This document shows, piece after piece, positions 20,829 through 30,580 of a stretch of DNA of 50,935 bases (positions within the stretch are counted from its first letter, which is position 1; each line of letters begins with the position of its first letter). Below the pieces are notes generated by a model. The model was not told where the DNA came from, did not search any database, and saw nothing but the letters and a program-made list of their open reading frames with translations. The position numbers were made by a program, and so were the translations under genes. This DNA comes from Rhodospirillales bacterium (GTDB taxonomy: Bacteria > Pseudomonadota > Alphaproteobacteria > Bin95). The DNA is taken from NCBI GenBank assembly GCA_038143065.1, contig JAYQLI010000010.1, positions 1 through 50,935 of the forward strand, in the 5' to 3' direction.

Positions 20829-22561
20829 TCAGTAATGCCCGTTTTCGCGCATGAGGCGATCGGCACGGTTTTGTGAATTTTGTAGCGCTGTCGCAAGCGT
20901 TTTGTCTCCCAACAAAGCATCATGCATTTCTTCTCCTATCATCGCAATTAAGCGCGTAATCTCCGGCACTGGCGGGCGTGGCCACATTTGCAAAACCCCA
21001 GTTCGCGCCATCTCATCCACAATCGAAATCAACGGTGAGATCTTTTGAACTTCAGGGTCCTGACTGACGCTAAACCGCGGGCTTACCAAGCTTCCGTTCT
21101 CTATATAAAGTTTGACGGTTTGTGCTGATGTTAGCGATGTCAAAGCTGTCCAAATTGGATCAAACCGCGCTGGGTCAACATTTGCAGGAATGGCCAGCGC
21201 GTATCCTCCGATTGGCGCAATAGACCGTCCCTTTGGGCCTGCCGGAAGCGGTAGATATTCTGTTTTTTCAAACGCTGGCGATGTTGTATCCAGTTCAAAT
21301 AATGGTGCGAGCAAAGTCGCGCAATGCGGCATGGCGCAATTGCCTTCAGCATATGAAGCCGCACGGTCAAACCAAGACATGTTTAAAATGCCACGCGGCG
21401 AATAATCGATGAGTTCTTTGAAATACTCCGCCGCCTCCCACGCCGCGTCGGAATCGAACATGGGACGGAAATTCTCTCCTTCCACATGCTCTCCGTCAAA
21501 CCCATCTGCAGAAGGCGATAAATTTAAAACAGGTTGTCCAAAGGCCGCCATGACGAATAAAAATGAATGTCCCAAAGGCGTGCCGCGTCCAGCATTCCAT
21601 GCCATTCCCGTCATCCCATTGAATGGCGAATGTATTTTTTTGGCCGCAGAAAGCGTATCGGCAATTTTTAGAGGCGGGGTTAAACCAAACTCGGCAAACA
21701 CATCGCTGCGATAGACCAAGAGTTCAGGCGTTGTTTGAACCGGCAAACCATATTGCCCCCCCTTATAGCGGGCGCTGGCCAAAGCTTTGGGGTGAAAGTC
21801 ATGGGTGTCAAATCGCTCGGCCTTAATAAATGAATCCAACGGAAGAAAATGGCCAGCTTGAGCCATTTCACCGAACCAAGGCAAATCGCAGGCAACAATA
21901 TCATATCTTGATTTGGTAAGGCTGGCATTTTCTAATATTTCCTCGCGCAAGCGATCAATCGACAAGGCGCGGCTTTTGATAGACAAACCAAAGATTTTTT
22001 CAAATTGTCGCTTTAAGGCCTGCATCGCCATGAACGTCGGATCGGCATGTTCCAATAACCTGAGATTACCGCTGAGCGGCAACTTGGCGCTCATTATCGA
22101 AGGCGGGGGTAAAACTTTTCCAGTGGAATAAGAGGAACCAAAATAATAATCAGACGCATCTTTTGAGCCCGCAAGTCCCCAGGTACTTTGCAACGCCGCC
22201 CGCGCCCGTCTGGCAAATTCTTGCCATTCACTCAACAGTTTTTCAGTTGGATGCAACGAAAATGATTTACCGCTGGATGTGCGCGGCCGTCGCAGCAAAA
22301 GCCCCCGGTTCTCAATTGCCTCAACCGCGCGAATGGCCGTGCCATAACTCATTCCAGAGGCACCGATTAAAGACGAGGTCGTAGATGTTTTACCCGAGAG
22401 ATGATCCCGTAGAAGCGTTCCAAGAATGCGGGTTTCGCTATAGCCTTTCTTGATAGACAATGAGCGTTCCATTTCCATGTCAAATTGCTCGACAAAATCA
22501 AGAAAGCTTTCCAATTCCGCGTTTGCAACTCCAGATCTTGGTCGGATATCTGTTGTTTCAT
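20829..22561 (-). CDS. Winged-helix-like N-terminus fused to a sugar-type solute-binding fold; probable cytoplasmic transcriptional regulator
   Basis: N-terminal TTSSLIGASGMSYGTAIRAVEAIENRGLLLRRPR..SGKSFSLHPT, then YDIVACDLPW, YGLP...LLVYRSDVF and GGYALAI. No signal peptide. Start is either TTG 22514 or ATG 22561 with a frameshift. Confidence 0.72.
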
Positions 22562-22692
22562 ATGGCCCTTCCGGTGCGTCGCGATGCCGGCTGCGCGGAG
22601 ATGTTATGCGGCGTATATTCGAGTTTGATGCCGGCAGGGCTGACCCTCAGATTCCTGGTTATAGCCAGTCTGCAGGATACCACATAAAATTA

Positions 22693-22716
22693 CCAAATTG
22701 GATTAATCCAATTTGG
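22693..22716. promoter_or_regulatory. Perfect 24-bp palindrome, candidate operator
   Basis: ccaaattggattaatccaatttgg lies upstream of the regulator gene and contains two WCCA-N3-TGGA boxes. Confidence 0.6.
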
Positions 22717-22720
22717 ATAT

Positions 22721-23758
22721 TTATGGCGGGGGCTTAAATGCGTTTTTGCGCACGAGTAAATCCAATCGGCGAATATCAACGTCAGAGAGTAATTGCTTGC
22801 GCCTCTCATGTCCTTCAAACAAACGGCTACCAGTTTGGAACATGATCACAACCATCAATAAAATGCCTAAATAAAGCTGGAGCATAAAGGCCGGCGTCAC
22901 GTTGAAAACCAATCCTGTATTTAAGAAATTTACCGTTAACGTTCCAATCGCTGCCCCGACAACGCCGCCTTTGCCGCCAAGAATCGACACGCCGCCAATA
23001 AAAGCAGCCACCGTGCCAGCCAGTAAAAGATATTGTAAACCCAAGGCCTGAGCCGTGCCCGAGCGCAAACCAATGATGCACCCTCCCAAGCCAGCGCATA
23101 ACCCGGAAATAGCAAATACAATGATCATTGGGCGCTTCAAATCAATCCCCGCAGCGACGGCCTCTTTGCGCGCCCCGCCAATCGCATAAATCTCACGGCC
23201 GTAGCGGGTAAAGGTCATAAACAAACCAACGACAATAAACATTGCAATCACCAAAAGACTGGCAGGTGAAAAATAAACAAACATTTTGGTGGAGATAAAG
23301 TCTGGCACGCGGAAATCAGTCAACATCACTGTCTTCTCTTGCGCCGCAAATAATGCCACCCCGCGCAATAACATTAAGGTTCCAACCGTCAGCACGATAG
23401 CCCTTACCCGCAAATATGCAATAAAATAGCCCTGTATCGCGCCCACAAGCGTGGAGATAAGAATGGCAATCACCAGGGCGGTAACCGCTCCTAAACTATC
23501 TGTAAAACGCACGACAATAACCGCAGCCAAGGCCGCGTTAGACCCAATCGACAAATCAATTTCACCGGCGATAATGCACAATGTCAGCGCCAGCCCCACA
23601 AGGCCCAATACCGCAAACCGTTCCATAATAGCATAGCCGGTTCGGTGCGTGGCGAAGAATTCATTCGTCAACGCGAAATAAGAATAGACACAAATCGCCA
23701 ATAAGACTGCAAACGCCAAATCAGGATTTTTAACAATCCAATGTTTAATATTTTTCAT
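22721..23758 (-). CDS. Monosaccharide-type (RbsC-like) ABC permease
   Basis: GEIDLSIGS, TRYGREIYAIGG..EAVAAGI, FIGGVSILGGKG; many TM segments. Confidence 0.9.
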   Translation of the reverse strand: MKNIKHWIVKNPDLAFAVLLAICVYSYFALTNEFFATHRTGYAIMERFAVLGLVGLALTLCIIAGEIDLSIGSNAALAAVIVVRFTDSLGAVTALVIAILISTLVGAIQGYFIAYLRVRAIVLTVGTLMLLRGVALFAAQEKTVMLTDFRVPDFISTKMFVYFSPASLLVIAMFIVVGLFMTFTRYGREIYAIGGARKEAVAAGIDLKRPMIIVFAISGLCAGLGGCIIGLRSGTAQALGLQYLLLAGTVAAFIGGVSILGGKGGVVGAAIGTLTVNFLNTGLVFNVTPAFMLQLYLGILLMVVIMFQTGSRLFEGHERRKQLLSDVDIRRLDLLVRKNAFKPPP

Positions 23759-23767
23759 AAGCCTATC

Positions 23768-24776
23768 CTATTCTTGCGACCGGCTGCCACGACGCACAAG
23801 CGCAAACACCATAATTGAAAAAACAATCATCAATCCAACGGCCAATACCCTTGGGCCGGAATTAAACCCATGCAGCACCATCATATTATCTACAGAAGAG
23901 ATGAAAACTGCGCCCAAACTCGAACGAATGGTTGATCCATACCCCCCATAATGGAATTCCCCCGACCATAACCGTCGCGATCACCATAATCGTCATATCC
24001 CCGCTCGACCCAAATTCAGATGAAAAGTAATTCACTTGAGCGCTTGACACTTGCGCCGAAAATGCGATCGCCACAAAAGCCGCGCAGACTGATGCAATCA
24101 CACAAGTCTTAATAGCCATACCAAAATTTTCATGCCCAGTAGCACGCCCCGCCGCGCGGTTAGCACCAATCAAATACACCTGCCGACCAAAATTTGTGAA
24201 CCTTAAGGTTAACTCGGCTACAATCGCTATGAGAATAAAGGCAATGGTTATATTGGGAAGGCCTAAGAAAGATCCTGTGCCAAGCCATTCTGCCCCGTGC
24301 GGTCGGCGAAAAGACACAACCAGATTGTCGCTCCAATAGGCGCCAAGACCATATAGCAATCCAGCGGCTCCAAGCGTTACAACAATCGGATTTCCGCCAA
24401 GCCCGATAAGCACGCCCTGGGCACTGCCTGTGAGGATCGCAATGACCATTGTAAACAAAAAGGAAATCTCAAAGCCGTAGCCTGCCGACATCGAAGTTGC
24501 AAAAGCAATGATGCTAAGCGCAGCGGTTTCCTTGAGCGACAACAGGAAAAAATTCCCCGATAGGGTTACAAAGGTCAACCCAATCGCCATGATGCCCACC
24601 AAAGCGGCATCTCTCACGATTGTTTTAAGGTTAAAAACAGTCAAAAAGTTTGGCGCTGTTGCCATTCCAACAAAGAAGATGACCAAAAAAAGCACCACCA
24701 GAGCGACCACCAATCCAGAATAATTCTGAACTAAACCCTCAAACTTTGCGGTCATACCACGAGAAGCGCTGCGCAT
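23768..24776 (-). CDS. Monosaccharide-type ABC permease (frameshift near 23945)
   Basis: TNFGRQVYLIGANRAAGRATG, VMVGG; hydrophobic throughout. Confidence 0.85.
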
Positions 24777-26297
24777 TAGGACACCACCTTTATCTGCTTG
24801 TCTTCATCCCCAAAAGGATGGGTTATTTGTTGCAAAACATTGGTCGGTGTGATGTCGCTTAACGCCAATTCACCCACCTGCATCCCGCGATAAAAACTAA
24901 TCACTCGATCTGCCAGACCGGTAACCTCTTGAATATCCGTAGACGCGAAAACAACCGCGGCACCATCATTTGCTAAATCGCGCAGCTTTGCATAAATCTC
25001 GGCGCGGGCACCAACATCCACACCGCGTGTTGGCTCATTCACCAAGATAATTTTAGGCTTGATCGCCAGCCATTTCCCCAACGCGACTTTTTGCTGATTT
25101 CCCCCCGATAGAACGCCTGCTTCATTATCAAGTCGGGTCACATCTACTGTAAATTTTGTACCATTTGATAGAGCGAGATCGCGTTCGGCTTTCAAATCAA
25201 TTATGCCGCGATTTGAAATTGCCCCCAAAGCGGGCGAGGTCAGGTTTTCTATTATTGGACGTCCAAGAAACAAACCATCCAATTTTCGATCATCCGAGCA
25301 ATATGCTATGCCGCGGGCGATTGCCTCTTTTGGCGATTTGGCCAGAAAACTCTCGCCATTATAAATAATGCGCCCGCTGCGTGATTGTCGCGCGCCTGAG
25401 ATCGCGGCTAAAACATCGCCTGACCCAGATCCAAGCTGCCCTGCCAAGCCCAAGATTTCGCCAGGATATACGGCAAAGTTAAACGGCTCTAAAGTCCCAT
25501 CGGGCCAAACATCGCGATCCTCTAACAGGGGCTTTGTACGCAGAATTTCGGGGTGGGCAGGAAACATGTTTGCAAGCTCGCGGCCCAACATCAATTCCAC
25601 CAAGGAGGGACACATCAAGCTCTTTTGCAGTGCGCGCTTCTTGGCTTTGACCGTCGCGCAAGACGGTAATCCGATCACAAATTTTGAAGATTTCATCCAT
25701 GCGGTGGCTGACGTAGATAATCGACTTACCGCGTTGGGCCAACCGCTGAACCATCGCAAGAATACGAATGGAATCGCTTTCTCCCAACGCCGCCGTTGGC
25801 TCATCTAAGATTAAAATCTGCGGCTGTTGCGCAAGCAGTCGCGCCACTTCAACCAATTGTTGTTCTCCAACCGACAAGCGTTCAACAGGTATATAAGGAT
25901 CTACATCTTCAAGCCCAACCTCTTTGAGAAACGGGCTTGCTTTGCGCGCCAAACTGCTTTTTGTGGCAAAAACCGGAGCGTGCTCTCCAGAAATAAAAAC
26001 GTTTTCAGCCACGCTCATTGCAGGTATCAAGCTCAGCTCTTGTTGTGCGATGGCGACACCCGCCCGCTCAGCTTTAAGAGGGCTTGAAAACCGTCGGCTT
26101 TCCCCGTTTAGGCTGAAATCACCAGTATATCCATCGTCAAATCCACTGATAATTTTTACCAAAGTTGATTTGCCAGCCCCGTTTTCTCCAACCAAACCCA
26201 TTATTTCGCCGGCTTCGATTTCGAAATCAACGGCCTTTAAGGCGTGAATTGCGCCAAATGAGCGTGAAACACCGGATAATTTCAATAATGCGGTCAT
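24776..26297 (-). CDS. RbsA-like ABC ATPase with two nucleotide-binding domains (frameshift near 25610)
   Basis: GENGAGKST, LILDEPT, LSGGNQQKVALGKWL, EPTRGVDVGA. Confidence 0.9.
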
Positions 26298-26320
26298 TTA
26301 TTTATTCCGTTTAAAATGGA

Positions 26321-26351
26321 TATCTCTGCCGGATTGTTGCCGGCAGAGATA
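26321..26351 (-). terminator. Stem-loop between the SBP and ATPase genes (attenuating or mRNA-stabilising)
   Basis: tatctctgccgg-attgttg-ccggcagagata is a perfect 12-bp inverted repeat just after the SBP stop. Confidence 0.6.
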
Positions 26352-26365
26352 CAGTTTTGTGACTA

Positions 26366-27391
26366 TTAGTCTGCCCAAGCGCCCGAGCATAGCTCTTCGA
26401 TTGTATAGAGCTTACCATCATAACCACGCAGCGCCGTGGTTTCGATCGTATCTTTGGTCACTGAGGGGTTTGGCGTGAAATTAATGTAATTGGCCAGTTT
26501 ACCTGTGTTCAGATATTCTTCTACCATTTTGATCGCCAATTGCCCTTCATGAAGCGGAGATTGCAGCGTTGTTCCAAACTGCTTACCTTCTTCGATCAGC
26601 TGTTTGTCACCATTACAGACCGTTCCAACAGCAATCACATCTTCGCCCATGACCATGCCAGCTTCTTCCAAAGCCTTGATACCGCCTGTCAAGATCGCAT
26701 CATCCATTCCATAAACGAAATCAATACTTTGCCCTTGCAAAGCCGCGATCATTTTCGCCGCGCCTTTGTAACCATTTGCTTGACCAAAGCCTTCATCCAC
26801 ATCGCCGATGATTTTCAAATCTGAGCCAGCGATGGCTTCTTTAAAGGCATTGATAGACAGGCCATAACCGCCATAAGAATGGGGGTATGACAAGGCAAGA
26901 ACGTTAAAGCCTGTTCCACCCGCTGCTTTTTTCGCTGCCGCTGCTTCACGCATCATATAACCGGCATTGCGCGCGCGCAAACGATCATCTGGACCTGCAT
27001 ATCCAAAAATATACTGTTTGTCCTGCTCGTTTGGCAGCTGGTTTATTTTCAAAACAGGTACGCCTGTTTTGGCCAAAGCGCGCAGCGAACCCAAACCTGC
27101 CACTGCATCAGAAGGCCACCAGATGAATACATCAGGCAATTGGCCAGTTGCCAAAACCTGTTGCACTTGTTGATCCTGTTCGGCTTGGTTGTATTGATTT
27201 TCATAAACTTTGATATCGAAGCCTTTAAGAGCTGCGGTTTCTTTAATCCCTTTAATGAAACGGCCAACATAAGCCTCCCCTGCGGGTCCGTTAAAAGAAA
27301 CAATGGATGCAGCCAGCACTGATGTGGCCATGCCGCCCAGTGCGACGCCTGCCGCAACCGCAACCGCGGCCACCTTATTTAAATAAGACAT
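26366..27391 (-). CDS. Sugar-type ABC periplasmic binding protein (RbsB-like fold)
   Basis: Signal peptide MSYLNKVAAVAVAAGVALGGMATSVLA; VYGMDDAILTGGIKALEEAG; TTLQSP..EG. Confidence 0.85.
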   Translation of the reverse strand: MSYLNKVAAVAVAAGVALGGMATSVLAASIVSFNGPAGEAYVGRFIKGIKETAALKGFDIKVYENQYNQAEQDQQVQQVLATGQLPDVFIWWPSDAVAGLGSLRALAKTGVPVLKINQLPNEQDKQYIFGYAGPDDRLRARNAGYMMREAAAAKKAAGGTGFNVLALSYPHSYGGYGLSINAFKEAIAGSDLKIIGDVDEGFGQANGYKGAAKMIAALQGQSIDFVYGMDDAILTGGIKALEEAGMVMGEDVIAVGTVCNGDKQLIEEGKQFGTTLQSPLHEGQLAIKMVEEYLNTGKLANYINFTPNPSVTKDTIETTALRGYDGKLYTIEELCSGAWAD

Positions 27392-27468
27392 GTTCGTCCT
27401 CCCAAAATGTTTTGCTACTTTCGCAGCTCTTTTAAACCAACAGCCAAAAGCCAAAATTCAGAACCATA

Positions 27469-27505
27469 AATTAGTCCAGTATGGATCAATTAAATTCATT
27501 TTGGA
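27469..27505. promoter_or_regulatory. Candidate operator boxes in the divergent SBP/SDR intergenic region
   Basis: tccagtatgga (27475-27485) and ttcattttgga (27495-27505) resemble the boxes at 22692-22717. Confidence 0.5.
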
Positions 27506-27602
27506 TGCATTCGAATTTTGCAGCGCGAAACCTTTTGACAATGATGGACCAGTAATTGGAACTGATTAGCAAATACACAAAGTGCATTGGGAGGCTTTTA
27601 CC

Positions 27603-28409
27603 ATGGACCCGCAAAGATTAGCAGGAAAAAACATATTAATTACCGGCGCAGCACGCGGCATGGGCGCGACCAACGCGGAACATTTTGCGCAACAGGGCGC
27701 AAATGTTTGCCTCGGAGATTTAGACATTGATTTAGCCAATAAAATGGCAGAAACCATCAATGCGCGCGGCAATGGAAAAGCGATTGCGGTTCAAATGGAT
27801 GTTACCAAACGCGAAGACAATGTGGCCGCCGTGGCCGCAACCGTGGATGCCTTTGGCATGATCAATATCGGCCTGTTCAACGCAGGTCTTAATAAGCCAA
27901 GGTTTTTTATGGATATTGATGAAGACAATTGGGATATGATCATGTCGGTCAACACAAAGGCGATGTGGCTTGGTATGCAAGAAACAGCCCGCCAAATGAT
28001 TAAACAGGGTCCGCAAGAACACGTATATAAATTGATCAATGTTGGCAGCATTGCCTCCCGCAAGCCATTGGTGGATGTGACCGTCTATTGCACTTCAAAA
28101 TATGGATGTTTGGCGTTAACGCATTGCGGTGCCGTCTCGTTGGCGGAACATAATATTACCGTGAACGGGTATGCTCCTGGCGTGGTTGTTACGCCTCTTT
28201 GGGAACAGCTTGACAAAGATTTAGTTGAAATTGGTTTCAAAGAGCGGGCAGGGCAAGCTTACGAAGATATCACCAATAATGAGCTTGTAATCAAACGCGT
28301 CTCCTACCCCGATGATGTGAAAGGCACAGCTGCATTTTTGGCCAGCCATGACAGCGATTATATGACCGGTCAAATGCTGCATATCGATGGCGGTTGGTGC
28401 ATTCAATAA
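27603..28409 (+). CDS. Short-chain dehydrogenase/reductase (polyol/acetoin dehydrogenase-like)
   Basis: TGAARGMG, NAG, YCTSK, PGVVVTPLW, TGQ..HIDGG. Confidence 0.9.
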   Translation: MDPQRLAGKNILITGAARGMGATNAEHFAQQGANVCLGDLDIDLANKMAETINARGNGKAIAVQMDVTKREDNVAAVAATVDAFGMINIGLFNAGLNKPRFFMDIDEDNWDMIMSVNTKAMWLGMQETARQMIKQGPQEHVYKLINVGSIASRKPLVDVTVYCTSKYGCLALTHCGAVSLAEHNITVNGYAPGVVVTPLWEQLDKDLVEIGFKERAGQAYEDITNNELVIKRVSYPDDVKGTAAFLASHDSDYMTGQMLHIDGGWCIQ

Positions 28410-28445
28410 AAATGCAGTTGAGCCGATAATTGAAAGTAGTAGAAT

Positions 28446-29312
28446 ATGAAATTAGGGGTGGCAGGCCTGGGCCGCATGGGCGTTCCCATGGCCAAAAATC
28501 TGATCAATGCTGGTTTCGATATTCAAGTCTGGAACCGCAACCCTGAGCGCAGCGCATCTTTTGCGACTGAAATGCAGTGCCAGATCGCTCAAACACCGGA
28601 AGCCTTAGCCTCTGCTTGCGATATCGTTATTACAATGCTTGCCGATGATGCCGCCTCTCAGGACGTCTATCTGGGTGAGGCGGGCTTATTAAAAGGCAAA
28701 AAAGCCAAAGTGTTCATCGAGATGAGCACTGTCAGCCCGAATTGGATCAACCGATTACAAAGCCAATCAAGCCGTGCTGCTATCATAGACGCGCCGGTTT
28801 CCGGCGCCACCCAAGCCGCTCAAGCGGGCAAATTGATGATTATGGTGGGTGGGTCAGAGGAAATAGCACAGCCTTTGCTACCAATTTTTGACGCTTTGGG
28901 CGAAAAAACGATCATTCTTGGCAAGCAATCTGCGGGTGCGACAATGAAGCTTGCGATCAATTCGGTGATACACAGCTTGAATCAGGCTGCCGCAGAGTCG
29001 CTTAACCTCGCCCAAGCCGCAGGCATTGAGCTTCCATTGGCCTTTGAAGCGTTGGAATCTTCGGCTGCTTGCGCGCCCATGTTACGCTATCGCAAACCAC
29101 TTTATTTGGATGAGCAGGCGCATCAAGTTACGTTCACCGTTGGCTTAGCAGCCAAGGATGTAGATCTTGCCACACGCTTGGCGCAGACCTTGGATGTTCA
29201 AATGCCGCAAGCAGAATTGAACTTAGGTATTTTGAATCAGGCTAGCCAAAATGGCTATGCCCACCGCGATATGGCCTCAGTAATCAGCTATCTGAAAAAG
29301 GAACACACATGA
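28446..29312 (+). CDS. Beta-hydroxyacid dehydrogenase (3-hydroxyisobutyrate dehydrogenase family)
   Basis: GLGRMG.PMA.NL, EMSTVSP, DAPVSG, MKLAIN, KDVDLA. Confidence 0.9.
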   Translation: MKLGVAGLGRMGVPMAKNLINAGFDIQVWNRNPERSASFATEMQCQIAQTPEALASACDIVITMLADDAASQDVYLGEAGLLKGKKAKVFIEMSTVSPNWINRLQSQSSRAAIIDAPVSGATQAAQAGKLMIMVGGSEEIAQPLLPIFDALGEKTIILGKQSAGATMKLAINSVIHSLNQAAAESLNLAQAAGIELPLAFEALESSAACAPMLRYRKPLYLDEQAHQVTFTVGLAAKDVDLATRLAQTLDVQMPQAELNLGILNQASQNGYAHRDMASVISYLKKEHT

Positions 29313-30020
29313 AGGCGGTTTTATTCGTAGGCGGCTGGCAAGGCCATAAGCCAATCGATTTTGCACAGTGGTGCTCTGACTTATTGATGGCGGACGGATA
29401 TGACGTTAAAATCTACGATACGCTAGTGCCTCTAGAGCAGCCCGAAACTTTATCTGATGTGAATGTCATCATACCCATTTGGTCAAGCGCGCGATCTTCT
29501 CATCAGCCCGAATTTGGGAATATGACAAAAAAAACAAGAGGATGGACTACTAAAATTGATTGCCTCGGGCTGCGGCTTGGCCGGATGGCATGGTCATATG
29601 GGGGATGCCTTCCGCGATCGCCCAACCTATCACTTTTTGATCGGGGGGCAATTTGTTGCCCATCCTCCAGGCTGGCCCGATAATCCTATTCCATCGGATG
29701 ATTTCGTTTCTTATGACGTAACAATTACCCGGCCCAATGACCCGATCGTAAAAGGTATCAAAAGTTTCGAGCTTTTTTCCGAACAGTATTTTATGTTGAC
29801 CGATGCCTCAAATGAAGTGTTGGCCACCACAACTTTTTCAGGCGATCATTTATGGTGGATCGAAGGCACTGTCGTTCCAGTAGTTTGGAAACGCAGATGG
29901 GATAAAGGTCGCATTTTCTATTGTTCAATCGGGCATCGCCTTGAGGATTTGAAAGTGCCAGATGTGACAGAAATCGTAAAACGTGGAATTTCTTGGGCTG
30001 CGCGAAAACTTGATGATTGA
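29309..30020 (+). CDS. ThuA-like domain protein (frameshift in A-run near 29530)
   Basis: GGWQGHKP, GLAGWHG, GGQFVAHP, SEQY, PVVWKRRWDKGRIFYCSIGH. Confidence 0.8.
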
Positions 30021-30127
30021 TGCTTTATGGAAAAAGAAAAGCTATAAGGTCGCCGATAAAACAGTTCCTAATACCACAGAGAACGCGCTGTTATTGCTTG
30101 ATCTTTCCTTCAGTCAAAACACATCAT

Positions 30128-30156
30128 TTGGAGAATGAACGGATTTATGATACAAT
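30128..30156 (+). promoter_or_regulatory. Sigma70-like promoter for the candidate sRNA
   Basis: TTGGAG (30128-30133), a 17-bp spacer, and TACAAT (30151-30156) preceded by TGn. Confidence 0.55.
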
Positions 30157-30159
30157 ATA

Positions 30160-30247
30160 TTGGGGCGGCACTCCTCCCATGCAAGCCCCAACAAACTGCC
30201 CGAGTGTCAAAGTTTCCTCATGGCTTCGATGCACGGGCTTTTTCTTT
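30160..30247 (+). ncRNA. Candidate two-hairpin small RNA with a CUCCUCCC loop (cuckoo/alpha-r14/CcsR-like)
   Basis: Hairpin 1 is ttggggc-g-gca-ctcctccca-tgc-aa-gccccaa. Hairpin 2 is gcccg...tttcctca...cgggc followed by a T-tract. A promoter lies immediately upstream. Confidence 0.6.
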
Positions 30248-30543
30248 AATTTTACTTTTAAACTTAGTTTGTCTGCAAACATCAAGACGGTTCACGGTAA
30301 AGGTAACGTAAAGCACCGGATCACAAGCGTTAAAAGTGACTAAAGCATATAATTTACGGGCCACTAATAAAGAACCATTCGCTAAAAGCAGTGTCACGGT
30401 TAAACTTTAAGTTAATGCACGAGTGGAAATGTACCCCCCAATAAATCTAAACCGCAAAAGCTAGAGGCCCTAGTCAAATGCGCATGGACCATGATCCTGC
30501 CCCCCGGTCTATATTCCCGCGGTTCGGCTTTAGATATTGGCCT

Positions 30544-30579
30544 AAAACAGTCATTCGATCAAAGTGCAGCGAATGGCTG
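30544..30579 (+). repeat. Hairpin-forming boundary repeat, copy A
   Basis: cagtcattcg-N12-cgaatggctg; gtgcagcgaatggct is identical at 37269-37283. Confidence 0.6.
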
Positions 30580-30580
30580 C

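Noticed and set aside
30017-30343. 108-aa ORF after thuA
   Set aside because: No recognisable motifs; the region is better explained by a promoter, a structured sRNA and a terminator.
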